Positions 50,610 through 64,000 of a DNA stretch of 64,000 nucleotides are shown here, piece after piece (position 1 is the first letter of the stretch; the number at the start of each line of letters is the position of its first letter). The translations under genes were made by a program, and so were the position numbers. The notes beneath the pieces are model-generated. The model did not search any database. It saw only the letters and a list, made by a program, of their open reading frames with translations, and was not told where the DNA came from. Source of the DNA: Camelus dromedarius (taxonomy: Eukaryota); NCBI RefSeq assembly GCF_036321535.1, contig NC_087437.1, forward strand, positions 104,286,001 to 104,350,000, written 5' to 3'.

Positions 50610-51785
50610 TTAAAAGTATTTACTGAGACCCTAATCTGTACTATGACTTGTGCTGGGCTTGAGCATATAGATAGGACATATATCTTGTGGAGGAAACACA
50701 CATGATACTGACATAAAAACAGTTAATCAAATTATATTTCTTATGTAGAAAGATGGGGTCTAAAAGTTGAGTGAATTAGGCAGGTGAAGAATGGAAACAA
50801 GTACATTTCATGTTGTCACTTTCCCCAAATGTACATCTTCAGAAGTGAAGGCCACCATTCACCTCTCAGAAAAATGGGTATCCCCCTGGAAATGACAATC
50901 ACAAATAATTTTACTTCCCTGGAACTTACAGAAGATATTCATGGGGATAAAAAGCAATGAACTTGGGAATTAATCTCTAATTTGTATTGAGAGCCACAGA
51001 AATGATGGAATTGCTTAAAACATGAGATTTTAGTATTTGAAGCAAAGAATATCCAGTCTTGATTCCTAAAGAACTTTCCCAGTTAGAGAACAGGTAGAGA
51101 AGTAGAGGCCAGTGAAGGGTTCTAAGAAGGAGTGGCAGAGATGTGGGAGGAAGTAGAAATGTGGGAGGACACAAAAAAGGAATAAAAACGTGTTTTGAAA
51201 AAGTAGGAGCGATCCACTCTGTAGAATGCTGTGGGAAGTTCAGTGAGATAAGGAAAGAAAAAACACAATTGGGACTTAGGAACTTGGAATGTCAGAAAGC
51301 ATTAATAAGAACAGCTTTGGTCCAGGACTATGTATGCATCGAAACATGGTTGGAGTAGGCTGAGCAGGAGAAGCAAGGTGGTGAAAATAGAGAATCATGG
51401 GACACCACTCTTCCAGGATGTTTATATGTTGTAGGGAGTCCACTTACTGACGGGAGCTTGATACAGGACGGGAAGTTTTCGTGTGCTTTATCGGGAGAGA
51501 GTGTCCCTTGTCTACAAGCTGATGGAATGATCCCACAGAAAAGAGGGCTGAGTGTGCAAGAGCTGAGGGAATAATTAAGGAAAGCCATTCCTGAAAAGGG
51601 GGAAGGAGCACAAGTGGAGGTTTGGGTCTTGTAGAAGAGGAGGAAAGTAGTAGTGAAGGATCAAGGCAGATTTGTAGATTTGGTGGTGGGGTAAGTAACG
51701 ATATTGTTGATGAATGATGTTTACAAAGTGTGAGACAAGGTCATTAACTAAGAATAAAGTAAAATCGGTGATTTTTGTAGACTGC
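50610..51785 (-). mobile_element. L2 LINE fragments
   Basis: Antisense L2 tail 'aagtatttactgagaccct..ctgtactatg..tgtgctggg' followed by purine-rich L2-like blocks at ~51100-51785. Confidence 0.55.
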
Positions 51786-52036
51786 AGAGAGCAGCGCTTT
51801 CTCTCTTCTTCAGCTGTGCTCAAACCCGGGACTTGACATTTCATACACTAATAGCCGCACTTTATCATCTTGGCCTTGAATATGGGATAAGAAGAGGAAG
51901 GAACCGAAGGGAAAGATGGGGGTGACTTTAGAAGTGCATCTCTTTCACAAACCAAATAATGCGGGAATCACTGAATCCAGTCTAGTAGCTTCTGTTTTAT
52001 TCTATCTTTTTGTCCACTTCCTTTGTAATTCTGTTT

Positions 52037-52037
<1 letters not shown>

Positions 52038-52070
<33 letters not shown>
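52038..52070. repeat. poly(A) run
   Basis: About 33 consecutive A. Confidence 0.95.
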
Positions 52071-52071
<1 letters not shown>

Positions 52072-53319
52072 CGGCTTTGGGTGCGCATGTGCACACACGC
52101 ACAGTGTAGGACCATTGCGTGTAAGCAAGAAAATGTCCGTAAGACTAGTGATTTACGCAGAGCTCGACAGCCAGTGATCCCCCACCCATAGGAACAATGA
52201 CACAGATAATGTTATGTTGAAACCTTTTACTCTTGTAGTCATTATTCGCAAGGTGATCTTTGGGTGCTACATTTTTTTCACGCCCACATTTTTGTGCTTT
52301 TCCAATAAATACGATCACTTTTTAAACAACAGGACAGCATGTTGTATATTGTAATATCTCATTGGTGCCCAGTGTCTTTTCGTCAACTGCTCATTATTGG
52401 CCCTTTTCATGGATATTTTTGGCCTAAAAATAATGAGCAGGTGGCGTGGAGGTAAGAAGCCATGTGGGTGTTAATGTGGCATCACTTTCTGCAGAACAAG
52501 AGGAAGCGTTTTCGGAATCTCAGGCTGCCAATCTACTCAGCTGGCACCTGTGGTCTAAACTGGAGCACCACTTTGAGAGCAGGCATGTTGCCACTGTAAC
52601 AGATGGTCGCGAGTATTGACGGCCAAGTGATCATGTATGTACGTTGGTTGTGGGTGTTGAAAGCAAGCTGCTCATTTAAGAAGGTCAAACAGCAGTTTGT
52701 CCAGAGCTTCCACAAATAACACTAAGAGCAATAGCAGTCTATTTCTCATATTCTATTAATTATTGTCTTACTTATGCTCTCATAAAATTACTTAGATTAT
52801 TCAGCCTGAGAATTTCATATGGCAATCGATAAAATGCAGTGGCATAGCAGATGCCCTGAATGTGAAATAAGTAAAATAATTAACTCTGATAGCTGGGAAA
52901 AAATGGTAGGGAGAGGCTTAAATGTCACATAAAGTGAATGGGAGTTGAGAGTAAATTACATGTAATATATTCTTTTTAAATAGGATGCTCGGTCTGGTAA
53001 ATTTATCTTCAAACAGCCCTCAAGTTTCCACTAAACTGACTAGGCTTATTATTTATTAATATTGGAAAATTGGCACATTACAGACCCTGTGAAAGGTCTG
53101 TAGAGCATTGTTCCTACCAGTTATTTTTTCCCTAAATAGGCTCAATTCAAATATTACCAATCAATCTACAACGGCATCATTAGTCATCCAACTTCAAATG
53201 AATAATCAAAAATATCACAAGACATACTAAAAAATGTAAGCCTTCCAATAACTTTCATTCCAGTTTGTTCAACCAGCAATATTTTTATGAAAGAATAAAT
53301 AAATGCAGACCAGTATGCA

Positions 53320-53936
53320 TATCAGACAGACTCTACGATGTCTCCTTCTCCAATTAACCCTAAATCCTGGCATCTAAGACCGAGTGGAATTCCCTGTCTC
53401 TGAGTACTGGCAGGATCAGTGACTTATTTTAACCAATGGAGTATAACTAAGATGGTATTATATTACTTTTATCGTTGCATTATATAGATTATAACTTCTA
53501 TCTCACTAATGGGTGAGCTTTTTTGCCTTTTTGTTTTGCATGTTTTGAGAAGCAAATGGCCATGATGGAGGTATATATGGTAAGGAACTGAAGGCCACCT
53601 CTGTCCAAAAAGCCAGCTAGGAGGTGAGGGAGACCTCTGACTGATAAATAGAAAAAAGACAAGTCTTGTACTCCAGAAGACTACAAGGAACTGAGTTCTA
53701 CCAACAACCATGTAAGGCTGTAATCGGATCTTTCTCCAGCCAAGCCTTAATGAACTCCCAACTCTGGCTGGTACCTTGATGGCAGATTTCTCAGAGATCT
53801 TGAAGCAAAGCACCAAACTAATTCAAACCTGGATCCCTGACTCTCAGAAACTGAAATTAAAAAAAAAAAAAAGTTTGTTGATTTAGATCACTAAGTCTGT
53901 GACAATTCATTATGAAGAAATTCATAACTAATAAAC
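53320..53936 (+). mobile_element. MLT1E/F-like ERVL-MaLR solo LTR
   Basis: 'ggtaaggaactgaaggccacctctg', 'caaggaactgagttctaccaacaaccatg', 'cctggatccctgactctcagaaactg' and 'cactaagtctgtgacaattcattatg..ataactaata'. Confidence 0.88.
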
Positions 53937-54429
53937 GGTTATTGACAAATTAATAAAAATTCAGGCAATGACGGAATCTGTATGGACTACAATGGCAAGG
54001 AGAATTGCATAGAGGAGACTGCCTTAAAATGATAGAATAGGTATTGTCTGCATTCCTAAAAGAACATCATGAGGAAGTATGATCCACAAAGAAAAGATCA
54101 CGAATGCTAGGGAGAATGCTAAAGTATATGGAGATAAAAGTGAAAACCTCTGCCCCAAACAACCCCATGCTTTTGTCTACTTTATTCTTTATCTTTGAAT
54201 TGCATCAATTTTTTGAGTTATTAGTATGTAGTAGATTCTCAATAAGGTTTCTAAATAATTGCAAAATGATGAAAAATTGGCAGTTTAGTGAGGATGGTGA
54301 GTGTATGATAGAAAATAATAAAATTGACATGCTAGATAAGATATTATTTGGTGAATAATTGATGAAATAAGATGGAATTTTTGTAGTAATAAAAAATCCT
54401 GACATTTACTTGGTATTTCCTATGATGAA

Positions 54430-54648
54430 CAATAGGCAAGTGTTTTATATGCATTATTACATTAAGACTGGCAACAAGCCTATGAGTTAGACACTATTTT
54501 TTGGAGAATATATATATATATATACACCAGCATGGTAAAGCTTAGAGATGTTAAACTGACTGTTCAGTATCTCTCACTCTTGACAGAAGTTGAGCTGGGG
54601 TTTAATCGTGGGGTTTCTGATTTTAAAAACAATGTTCTCTACCTATAC
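54430..54648 (-). mobile_element. MIR SINE with internal (TA)n
   Basis: Antisense MIR 'gtgttttatatgcattatt...caacaagcctatgag...gcttagagatgttaaactgac'. Confidence 0.7.
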
Positions 54649-54989
54649 AGAAAGCTAAGCAATTGATGAAAGAATAGAAAACATGGGTACTGTAGTTTTG
54701 AATTAACAATGAAGTAAAAATAAAAAAGAATAAAAAGGCACACATGTATTATAATCATAACTCTGTCACTACAGAATTATGCCATTAAAATACTTTCATC
54801 TCTAAAATAAGAATTATTTCCTAATTTTGTGTGTATATATACATAAATTTGTTTATTCAAATTCTACCTTTTTAGGTTTTTGAATTAAAGTGTACACTGG
54901 AGTTTACATTATTTTATATTCCACTTTATTATTTCATTTGTGGGAACAAATTTTTTTTTAAACTACTTTGTTTTAAGTACAATAGAAAT

Positions 54990-56150
54990 AAAGGATTTTA
55001 TGTTCCAGGAAAGCGGGGGAAATTGAGGGGAGATAGGAAAGATAACCCATAGTGCAGGTGAAAGTATTGGGTTTTAATCAGAAGGACACCTCTCTTCTTG
55101 TGGAAGGGAAGGAAGGAGAGCTGAAATGATGAATTTGAGTGTCAGAATTCTAGGGAATTACTATATTACGGCTTTGCTTAGCTCTTTTTCATGTGAATTA
55201 AGTGTATTAGTTTATAGGGAAAAAGGAAAGGAAAATATCTAGTCTGAAATGACTGGAAATAATTATGGGCAGTGAACAAAGAACCAAGTTCCTTGAGGAT
55301 CATTAAAAAAAAATCTGAGATTAACAACTAGTTGTTATTAGTGACTATGAAGATATGGAATAGTGGTATCTATTTGATTGTATCCATCAGCATTTAATCG
55401 TATAGGGGCATGTTTAGAGAGGTTACATAGAGAGATTTTAAGTATGAATAGGTATTGCTGGAGAAGTAACAAAATGATAGAAGGACAAAGTTTAAACAAC
55501 TAGAAAGAAATGGTCCATGAATCTCAGTTGTATATGAAAAAAGATATAGCCCATGATGATAAAAAGCTATGGTTAGACACTAGGATATTTATATTTAACA
55601 CAATAACTTCAAGGATGTTTTATTCCCAATAATCCAGTATGTAACCCCAGGATGGGTGAAAAATGTAATGCAGAAAGTTATTTATAGGAGATGATAATTT
55701 TTTATCAAGAATATGTAGGCATTCTGGTGGATTAGGGAGGGATTCTGTAGATCATATATGAAGATATTAGGTAAATGAAGATAGTAGCCGCAAAAGAGTA
55801 TGATTACACAATGAATAATTATAGAGAGAAGTATATAATGACGGTAAAATCATTAAAGAATAGTGAATTTTGCAAGAGGATGGAGGAGAAATAGTTTGGG
55901 AGTAAGGAACAGAGTGATCGTGTTTCCCAGCAGTAAGTCTGTGGAACAAAAAAGAATAAAGAACCTCTTTCTGCATGGACTGAAAAGAAAAAAAAAAAAA
56001 GCATGCTCATTTAAGAAATAGAGTTGGAAGGAAGTTTTAGACAAGAAAAGTTAAGAGTACAGCTAAAGATATTGACATTGGAACAGAAGATTTAGTGCCT
56101 ATAGTAGTGCTGTTAGAGGTGTGGAGGGATGGAGGAGAAACTCCATCAGG
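54990..56150 (-). mobile_element. Probable L2 LINE fragment, very decayed
   Basis: Purine-rich L2-like composition with scattered motifs only. Confidence 0.35.
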
Positions 56151-59100
56151 GAAAAGGAAATTTAGAGGGTTACTAGAGATATAAGAATAAAGCACAAGAC
56201 TGATGCTCCAAGAAACTTACATGTGGAGCATTGACCAAGAACAATAGTGATAAGTGGTTAGTCTTGATGTTGTCTTGCAGAACAGAGAGCTCCTTTAGGT
56301 CTAATGAAATACAGCAGACGCCTGGAAGGGACAGTCCAGAAGTTATGGTGTAGAGCTGGGCATTACTTTTCCTGAGTTAGTACAGCCGAGGCTGTCACCA
56401 AGACTCGAATGTCTTGCAGGTGTGAGAAGACAGTGACCCATCTGGCCATTACTCAGCTCATCCTTGCTGGCGCAGCCTTTGTCAGGCTGGATATTATGGG
56501 CTCACCTGGTTTGCCATTTGTCAAGGCATTTTGCCATTTGCCTTATGTGCAAGAGAAGTTGCAGTGATTAGAAAACTTTCATTCTGTAAAATAATCATGA
56601 CAGTAATAACCTCAGAGAGTCAGAGAAAATTGCAAAACTATGTAGGAAAATGCGAAGGCTGAGGGAAGATTTGTGTACCATATGCTTCTATTAACAGAGA
56701 TGCACTACAAATTTGGTTCTAACGGCCAAACCAAAATGGAGACATGATCAGTTAAATGACTCATGCCATCCATCCAGAAGGAGAGCAGGAATATTAAGCA
56801 CAAAAAGACCTTTATTTTTAAAGACAAATATATTTTCTGATGTTGAGAACTGAGAAACAATTTCTTTTTTTTCTTAAAAAAAGTTCTATTTAAAAGAAGC
56901 TAATAGAAAAAGTGAGAAAAATATTCTTTAATTTATCCCTACAAATTTCAGGAAAATGTTTAGAAGTTTAAAAAAAAAAAATATATATATATATATATAT
57001 AAAATATCCCTCTTTTTTCTTTTCATGCCACAACTTTTCAGTAAAAATGGAATTAAAAATATTGCATATGTCATGAGATCACTGTAATAATTAAATGAGG
57101 TCTTTTTAACTAGCTTAGCATTGATATACTTGCTTTAGAAATCAGTGAGTCACAGGGAAAGGTTAAGACTTTTCAGTAGAATTTAAGACCGGAACTAAAA
57201 ATCCTGGTAAATTTATAAAGGCAGAATGGAAGTGTACCTACGTGTAAGATCCTGTTTTCCTCAGGAAACAGATCTGAGTGCATCTGTTCCAATTAAACTA
57301 TTAATGAATAGTCATGGCCACAAAATGCTGTGCCATGGAGGTTGTACGTAATGGTTTTTAGCTTGGAAAGTATTCGAATAATGACCTGGTGTGATTTTTT
57401 AAACAATTAAATCCTCACAGTGGTCTCATTTAAGCAATTTAGTTATGTTGAAACAGTCAAGATGAAGGTTGTGAACTGAACTGTCACATAACAATTGTAC
57501 CGGATTGTTGGAAGATATGCCATGAAATACTTGAAAACAATTGGTGAAGAGGATGGTTCTGGTTTTAGAATAACTAATGATAATCTTGGTTTCAGAAAAT
57601 AGTTAGAGAGCAAGGACAAAAGTCTGCTGAGGCCACTCATAATGTGGGAAATAACACCATATAATCGGAATAGAGACAAATGCCAGTTGTCCTAATTTTA
57701 ATATTAGGGGTGTTTAATTTGACATTTACAGAATTAGAATTACTTTGAAATAGTTTTTATAATTTAAAATGAAGAGTTACAATTTATAATTTTTAAGTGT
57801 ATCCTTGCGTATTGCTAGTGAAAATCTGTCTGATTTTTAAAAAGGCAGCCTTTTAATGACCATTTAGAGAATGGAGGTTCCGATCAAAGAGACAGGGGAT
57901 ATGACCATGACAGTCATTCAACAGTGGGATGACATGGCCAGGACAGATGTGCTGGAACTGGCAAGGAGAAAATGGGTGAGGCTGAGATACAGATCAAAGA
58001 ACACAGAACAAACATTCGTAACCTACTGATATCAAAAATTCTGGTTTAGGAGAAATACACACTGCTAGTTTATAATCCTAAATTTTAGTACACATATACA
58101 TCTTTACTCTCATTAGCAATGACATTCACTACATGCATTTAAGTGTGTATACAAGAGAAAAACTTTAAACCCCTGTTTCACTGAATTTAAAACACCATTC
58201 CACTTAATTTTAAATGTCCTAAGGTATCTTTGAAATAAATGGTTGTATGTATCAACATTCTTCATTTAAAAAAAAGATGTTTCCTTGGACCAGAAATGGA
58301 CACATCTGTGGCAGTTACTCTCTCCTCTCCTGAGATGCCCGCACGCTATCTGTCCTTGGCTGCTTTCTGTTTGGAACAGTGTTTTTCCATTCTCTTTAGA
58401 TCCACAGGATGATTTTGCTGGTTCCTGGGAGGTTTCTACCCACACTTAATTGAGAATGGATTTTACACATACTCCTCTTGGAGCCACTTATTTCTTGAGA
58501 AATACTAGGTCAGCAATCTGGACAATATTTACTAGGTGAATGGGGAATATATTTATGGATTTTTAAGCTTAGCCTTCCAAATACTATGATAATTAAGACA
58601 AGAGAATCACAGTGCACTCCTGAGTCAATGGTAACTACTACAAACATGGAAAGAAACTTTCAACATCAATACAAGATCTGCTTAGTCACTGAGTACTAAT
58701 TTTGGAATACAGATTTATTGTATACAATAATACATATAGCAAAGTTTGCAGAAATACAGAATAATTTAAATACTCCCTAATTAGGTTTAAACATTAAATA
58801 ACTTTTGCCAAATGTAGACCTCATTAGTTTGCTTTTCTGCTTCAGTTCTAATATTTTCTAACATATAAAGCTCAAAGAATTAATCTAATATTTGACTTAA
58901 AGTTCATTCTTGTACTATTTTGTGCTCAGATGGTCCAATTTAGAGTTTCATGATGTTATGAATTTTTTTCACAGTGACAGAAAGCACATAGCTTTCACTA
59001 CATAGCATTTTGTCCATCGAAGAATGGATTCCACTTTTACGTTTAACTTGATCTTTTTTTTCCTATGGTTAACTGTTTCAACAAAATTCCATGATGAAAG

Positions 59101-60129
59101 TAGATTACTTATTTCTCATAGATTTCTCTACTTCTGATTTTTTTATCAGAATAAACCTTTATCCATCTCTAATTATTGTGAGAGATCAAGAGTTCCACTT
59201 CAGTGAAGTAGAATAAAGTAGGATAAAGATAAGCAAACGAGTGACATTTGTAATAGTTGACAAAATAGACATTTCCCAGGATTAAGTAGTAGCAATTTGT
59301 CTTTGCAATGGATAATCAAGTCCACATGATGTGCTAGAGAAATGCTCGATATCACATGATTCTGAATGCTCGTATGCTCAGCACTTGTCAATAACAGAGC
59401 TAAATTTCGAGTTTTAATAATATGTCAAATATTAATGACATCACAAATAGGTAAACTTATGGAGTGCTTATGATTAGAAGAATTTTGTTCACATGATGAG
59501 GTATATTTTATAATGATCCTTATTTTTAATATTAAGAAAATGAGGCAAGAATATTAAATGACTTGCTCATCCTCATGTAATGTGTTCTCATTTCTAAATA
59601 AATGTGTTTCATGAACCTTCTAAATATCAAAATAAATAATAAAGCATAATGTAAAATGTTATAACCTCTTGTGCAAATCCTGATTCAACCTCTACAAAAA
59701 CAGAATTCTCATACATATTAATTCTTAACATATTGTTCTCAAAACTGTCTCAGATGCTCTTTTAGAATAGTATGACTTTGTAGTGGAAAGATTAGGTCAT
59801 TTAGCAAGCCACCTTTATTTTAGAGATGGAAAAATTTATGCTAGAAAATAAGGTCTATATACTTAGTTATTAGCATATCTATGATTGAAATGCCTGTAAA
59901 ATTCTATACTATATTTTAAATATGCATTTGTGTGGTTAGTTATATGCTTAAATGGCTAATTTATCCAGAGAGACTAATGGTTGCAAATAAGAACCCTAAC
60001 AGACAGACTTAAGAAAAGAAAAAAAATACCATTTGACCCCAATTTACCTGAAACTATTATCTTACTTTTATGTCATTTATAATAAAACAAATCAAAACTA
60101 TAATTTATATTACCACTCCATTTTCTTGC

Positions 60130-61450
60130 CTTGTAGTCTCTAATTTAACCAAATTTAGACTCATCTCTTTAAATGCCTACCACATTTTCCCCTTAGATAC
60201 TTACAAGGCAGTTCAAAGCAGAGTTTATGACACAATCCATCCCACTCCACTTCTCCTTCTCCAATTTTTTGTTTCAGTAAGTGGTGCTACTAGTTACTCA
60301 AGTGGTCAGGCAAACTTCCCAGATACACTTAGTACCTTGTGTCCCTTCAACCAACAACCAACAAGCAATTCATTCTTAGGTCTGTTGGCAATTCTTCCAA
60401 AACAGTTTAAGAATCTGAACCATTTTTTTTTTTAATTTTTTTGCTAGCTACATTGCTATCACCCTCTTCCAAGCAATTATCAACTCTGACCTGCACTGTG
60501 TTATTATGAGAGTCTGGTAACTGATCCTCCGGATTCCATCCTTTGCTTCTTATTGGACATGGCATCCAGAGTGAGATTATTACATGTAATTTGGAATCAT
60601 CAGCTTATAAAGAATATTTAAAGCCGCGGAATGAAACCAAGAGTTCATAAAAAAATGATAATGTAAGTAAAGAAGAACAAGGATTAATTTTAAGGCACTC
60701 CAACATTTAGAGGACAAGAAGAAGATGAGAGGCAGAAAAGAGTTAAGGAATAACAAGTGACATAGCAGGAAAACCAGGAGAGTATAGCCTCCAAAAAAAC
60801 ACTGACAAAGTTTTTTTGTTGTTTTTTTTTTTTAAAATCAGAGAGTGTTCATCTTTGTCAAGTAGCATTGCAAATTTCAGGAAGAAAATTTATGTAACTG
60901 GATTTGAAAAAAGAAATCAAGTTTGTTGGTAATTAGACAAATGTTGCATCAATGAAATAGTAAAGACAAGAGTGTGTTAGATATTTGTGATGAGAAATTG
61001 TTGACAACCAATAGAAACAATCCCTTTGAGGATTTTTCTTCTGTGAAAGGATCACAGAATTGTGGTGGCAGCTGAAGACAGAATAGAGTCCTGGGAGGAC
61101 TTTTGTTTGTCTTTAAAGAAAGGTGTCATTCTACTATATTTGTATGCTAATCAAAATTGTCAAATAGGAAGAAAGAAATCAGAGACAAGAGAGAGCAGTA
61201 ATCTGTACAAAAGCACTTTTTTTTATTACTTGAGATGTAAAAGGGTCTGGTGTACAAATGGAAAGATAAGCCTTGGTTGTGAGCGGGAATTGGTCATCTT
61301 TTATAGTAGGAAAAAATATTTGGGTAGAGATCATGCTTTATTTGAGAAACAGAAGACAAAATAGTGTCATCAGGTGAAACAAGGTTTCAATTAGAGCAAG
61401 AAAGGGAACACAAGGTGGAGAGAAGAGATAGAGTAAGTACATAAGAGATT
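60130..61450. mobile_element. L2 LINE fragments in opposite orientations (+ ~60130-60600; - ~60650-61450)
   Basis: The plus block has 'aatgcctaccacatttt..ttagat' and 'tctggtaactgatcctcc'. The minus block has 'ggcactccaacatttagaggacaagaagaag..aggaaaaccaggagagt'. Confidence 0.6.
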
Positions 61451-61989
61451 TTTCTGAAGAAAGACTATAAATTCTTGTGGATACAATAAAGTATGTCTGG
61501 GAGGCACGAGGAGGAGGCACTCAGGAAGGAGCTGGGAGAGCTCTAACAGCAACTGTCTGTCTTTGTGCCCAACAGATACTTAGCACAAGAAAAGCTGAGA
61601 AATTGAAGTTCTGAGTAAAACACTAGGTAGCCTTCTTCACAAAGTTTCTGTCTCTGGATAATAAACTTTAAAAAGTAAAAAATGAAACTAAAAATTCAAA
61701 ACCATAAAGAAAAGGTGAAGGGAGGTAGACTTCTAAAAAATTAAATTTATGAAGGATACTAAAAAAAGTATAAAAAATCAAAAAGGAGAAAGATCATACT
61801 CATGATTATTTGCAGACCATTGAAACATATTTCCATATTTCTATATTGATTTTAAACTATTGTATACTGTATACTTATATATATTTTATATTTAATATAT
61901 AAAATAAAGTACAAAAGTTCTCACAAGTGAATAAATCATTATAAGAGAATTCAATAGAAAAATGATAAAAGCAGTGAGGACGTAATGTA

Positions 61990-62152
61990 GGTAACCAGCA
62001 TAAACCCTTGGGATGTGGAGCTTGCTAGAAACAGAGATACACAGGATTTACTCAAGCCTCTAGTGAATCTGTATCTTTGGATATAGGCAAGCAATCTACA
62101 TGTTTAACGACCCCCAGATAATTTTATAGATGGCATATTTGAACTATTGGGT
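61990..62152. mobile_element. MER5A-like hAT MITE
   Basis: 'ggagcttgctagaaa...tgaatctgtatctttg...caatctacatgtttaac..ccccagataattt'. Confidence 0.68.
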
Positions 62153-62764
62153 TAAGAAGTTTAAAAGTACTATTTATAAGACTCATTGTGAGAATAGCTT
62201 ACAATTGCTGAAGAATGAAGTGTTAATTGAGCTTATTTCTTACATGAACTGATCTCATCATCACCAGAAGCATTATAGTTATTATCTAAATGTTAATGAT
62301 GTAACTTTACTTACATAATTAGACAATTCTAGAGGACAATTCGATCCAATTGGGAAATAGGATTATGAGTCATCATATTCATGGTTATTTTACTTTTTAT
62401 TCATTAAAATACAATGCTTCAGTGTAATTTTAGAAAACAGAAAGCCAATCTCTGAGTAGGATCCAAGATGGTTTCTAAAAAACTACCTACAACGTTTTGA
62501 ATACAGTTTATGTAAGAGTGAACATAAAATGTATATTTCTTGTTTCAAATTAGCATGCATTCATTTCTTTAGTTGATGCTAGGTGAATTTACCAATTTTC
62601 TATTTCCTTCTGTAAGTGTAAAAATATTTCAAAAGTATTCTCTAAAAATAAAAAATGATTCTTAAGGCCATTTAATGATATACCAGAATATATGTTTACA
62701 TCAGCCTATTCAAATTCACTTTTGGTAAAAGTGAGACCGTTTTAATAGGTAATATTAACCAGTC

Positions 62765-62920
62765 AATCCTCTCAAGCCCGCAAGGTAGGTAATGCTATTA
62801 TCAGCAATTTAGAAGGAGAGAGTGACTTGTTGAAGCTCAGACTTATCATCATCAGACCACCTGAAATTTGAATCCAGGTAGTTTGATATCAGAATCTGCA
62901 TGCCTAAACACCATACTCTA
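62765..62920 (-). mobile_element. MIR SINE
   Basis: 'aggtaggtaatgctattatc...gtgacttg...aaatttgaatccaggtagtttga'. Confidence 0.6.
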
Positions 62921-63074
62921 AATGCTTTGCAAAATTAAAGACAACACTTAACGGCAAATCTATGGCATTGAGTGTGCAAAGAATGAAACTTCACTTGTAC
63001 TCAGAATGAAAATATGGTAGGAATAAAAATCACTGCAAGCTTTTTTCCTTCTTCTTTTTTTTTTTTTTAAGTGA

Positions 63075-64000
63075 GGGAACCTATATGTAAAGCATAAAAC
63101 TGTAAAACTTGTAGAAGACAATTTAAGGGAAAAACTAGTTAACCTGAATTATGGTGATGACTTTTTAAATACATCACCAAAGGCATAATCCATGAAAGAA
63201 AGAATTGTTAAACTGAACTTCATTAAAATTAAAAACTTTTACTCTGAGAAAACAATGTCAAGATAATGAGAAGACAAGCCATAGATAGGGAGAAAATATC
63301 TAATAAAGAATCTAATAAAGAACATCTAATAAAGAACCATTATCCAAAATATAAAAAGGGCTCTTAAAACACAATAATGAGAAAACAAGCACCCCAACTG
63401 AAAAATGGGCCAAAAACCTTTACAGACACCTCACCAAAGAAGAAATACAGAAGACAAATAAGCATGTGAAAAAAATATTCCACACCATAGATCACTAGGA
63501 AATGCAAATTAATAACAATGAAATACCAGTATCTACCTATTAGAATGACCAAAGTCTAGAACACTGGCAACACCAAATATTGGCAAAAATGTGGAACAGC
63601 AGGAACTCTCATTCTTTGCTGGTGGAAATGAAAAAGGGTGGGGCTACTTTAGAAGAGTTTGGAAGCTTCTTACAAAACTAACCATGTTTTTATGCCAATA
63701 CTAGGAGGATCCATTGATAGTGTTCTTCCAAGTATTTATCCAAAAGAGTTGAAAACTTATGTCTCCAGAAAAATCCATCGATTTATGGACAATTTATTCA
63801 CAATTGTCAAAACCTGGAACCAACTATGATTTCTTTCAGTAGGCAAATGGATAATTGGCCTGTGGTACATCCAGACAATGAAAAATTATTCATCTCCTAA
63901 AAGAAATGAGCTATGAAACTGAGTTATCAACTCTTTTATCAAGCCAAACGACGTGGAGTAAACTTAAATGCATATGGCTAAGAGGATGAAGCCAGTCTGA
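63075..64000 (+). mobile_element. Old LINE-1 (L1MC-like) ORF2 C-terminus and 3' UTR, continues beyond the window end
   Basis: 'aaaactgtaaaacttgtagaaga', 'cttcattaaaattaaaaacttt', 'aaaaatgggccaaaaacc..acagacacctcaccaaagaaga' and 'gtggaacagcaggaactctcatt'. Confidence 0.92.

Noticed and set aside
52440..52620. Possible coding exon after 'tttctgcag' at ~52493
   Set aside because: The frames I translated stop within ~35-42 codons, the peptides are unrecognised and there is no clear donor. The region is kept only as a regulatory candidate.

Overview
AT-rich mammalian non-coding DNA (intergenic or deep intron). I found no intact protein-coding gene, RNA gene, CRISPR array or prokaryote-type system. 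The ORF track is mostly chance ORFs, simple-repeat ORFs and decayed transposon fragments. The main structure is a ~5.8 kb decayed class I (ERV1, MER34-like) provirus at ~21905-27720. It has two recognisable LTRs, a tRNA-Ile-type primer binding site, gag (MA, N-terminal CA), a gag-to-protease deletion, RT/RNase H/integrase remnants and no env. Other repeats include several LINE-1 fragments (one 3.2 kb cetartiodactyl-type copy and two internally deleted copies with 5' UTRs), a Tigger1 3' half, MLT1 MaLR LTRs, an ERV1 solo LTR, MER58/MER5 hAT elements, MIR and L2 relics, and microsatellites including a ~400 bp (CTTT)n pyrimidine tract. The L1 3' UTR style and the apparent absence of young lineage SINEs suggest a cetartiodactyl, possibly a camelid (inference). 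Non-repeat candidates worth checking are a CpG-enriched block near 52 kb and two candidate exons near 16.4 and 18.4 kb. I cannot support a claim of a new biological system. Repeat family names come from recalled consensus sequences rather than a database search, and boundaries of old repeats are approximate.
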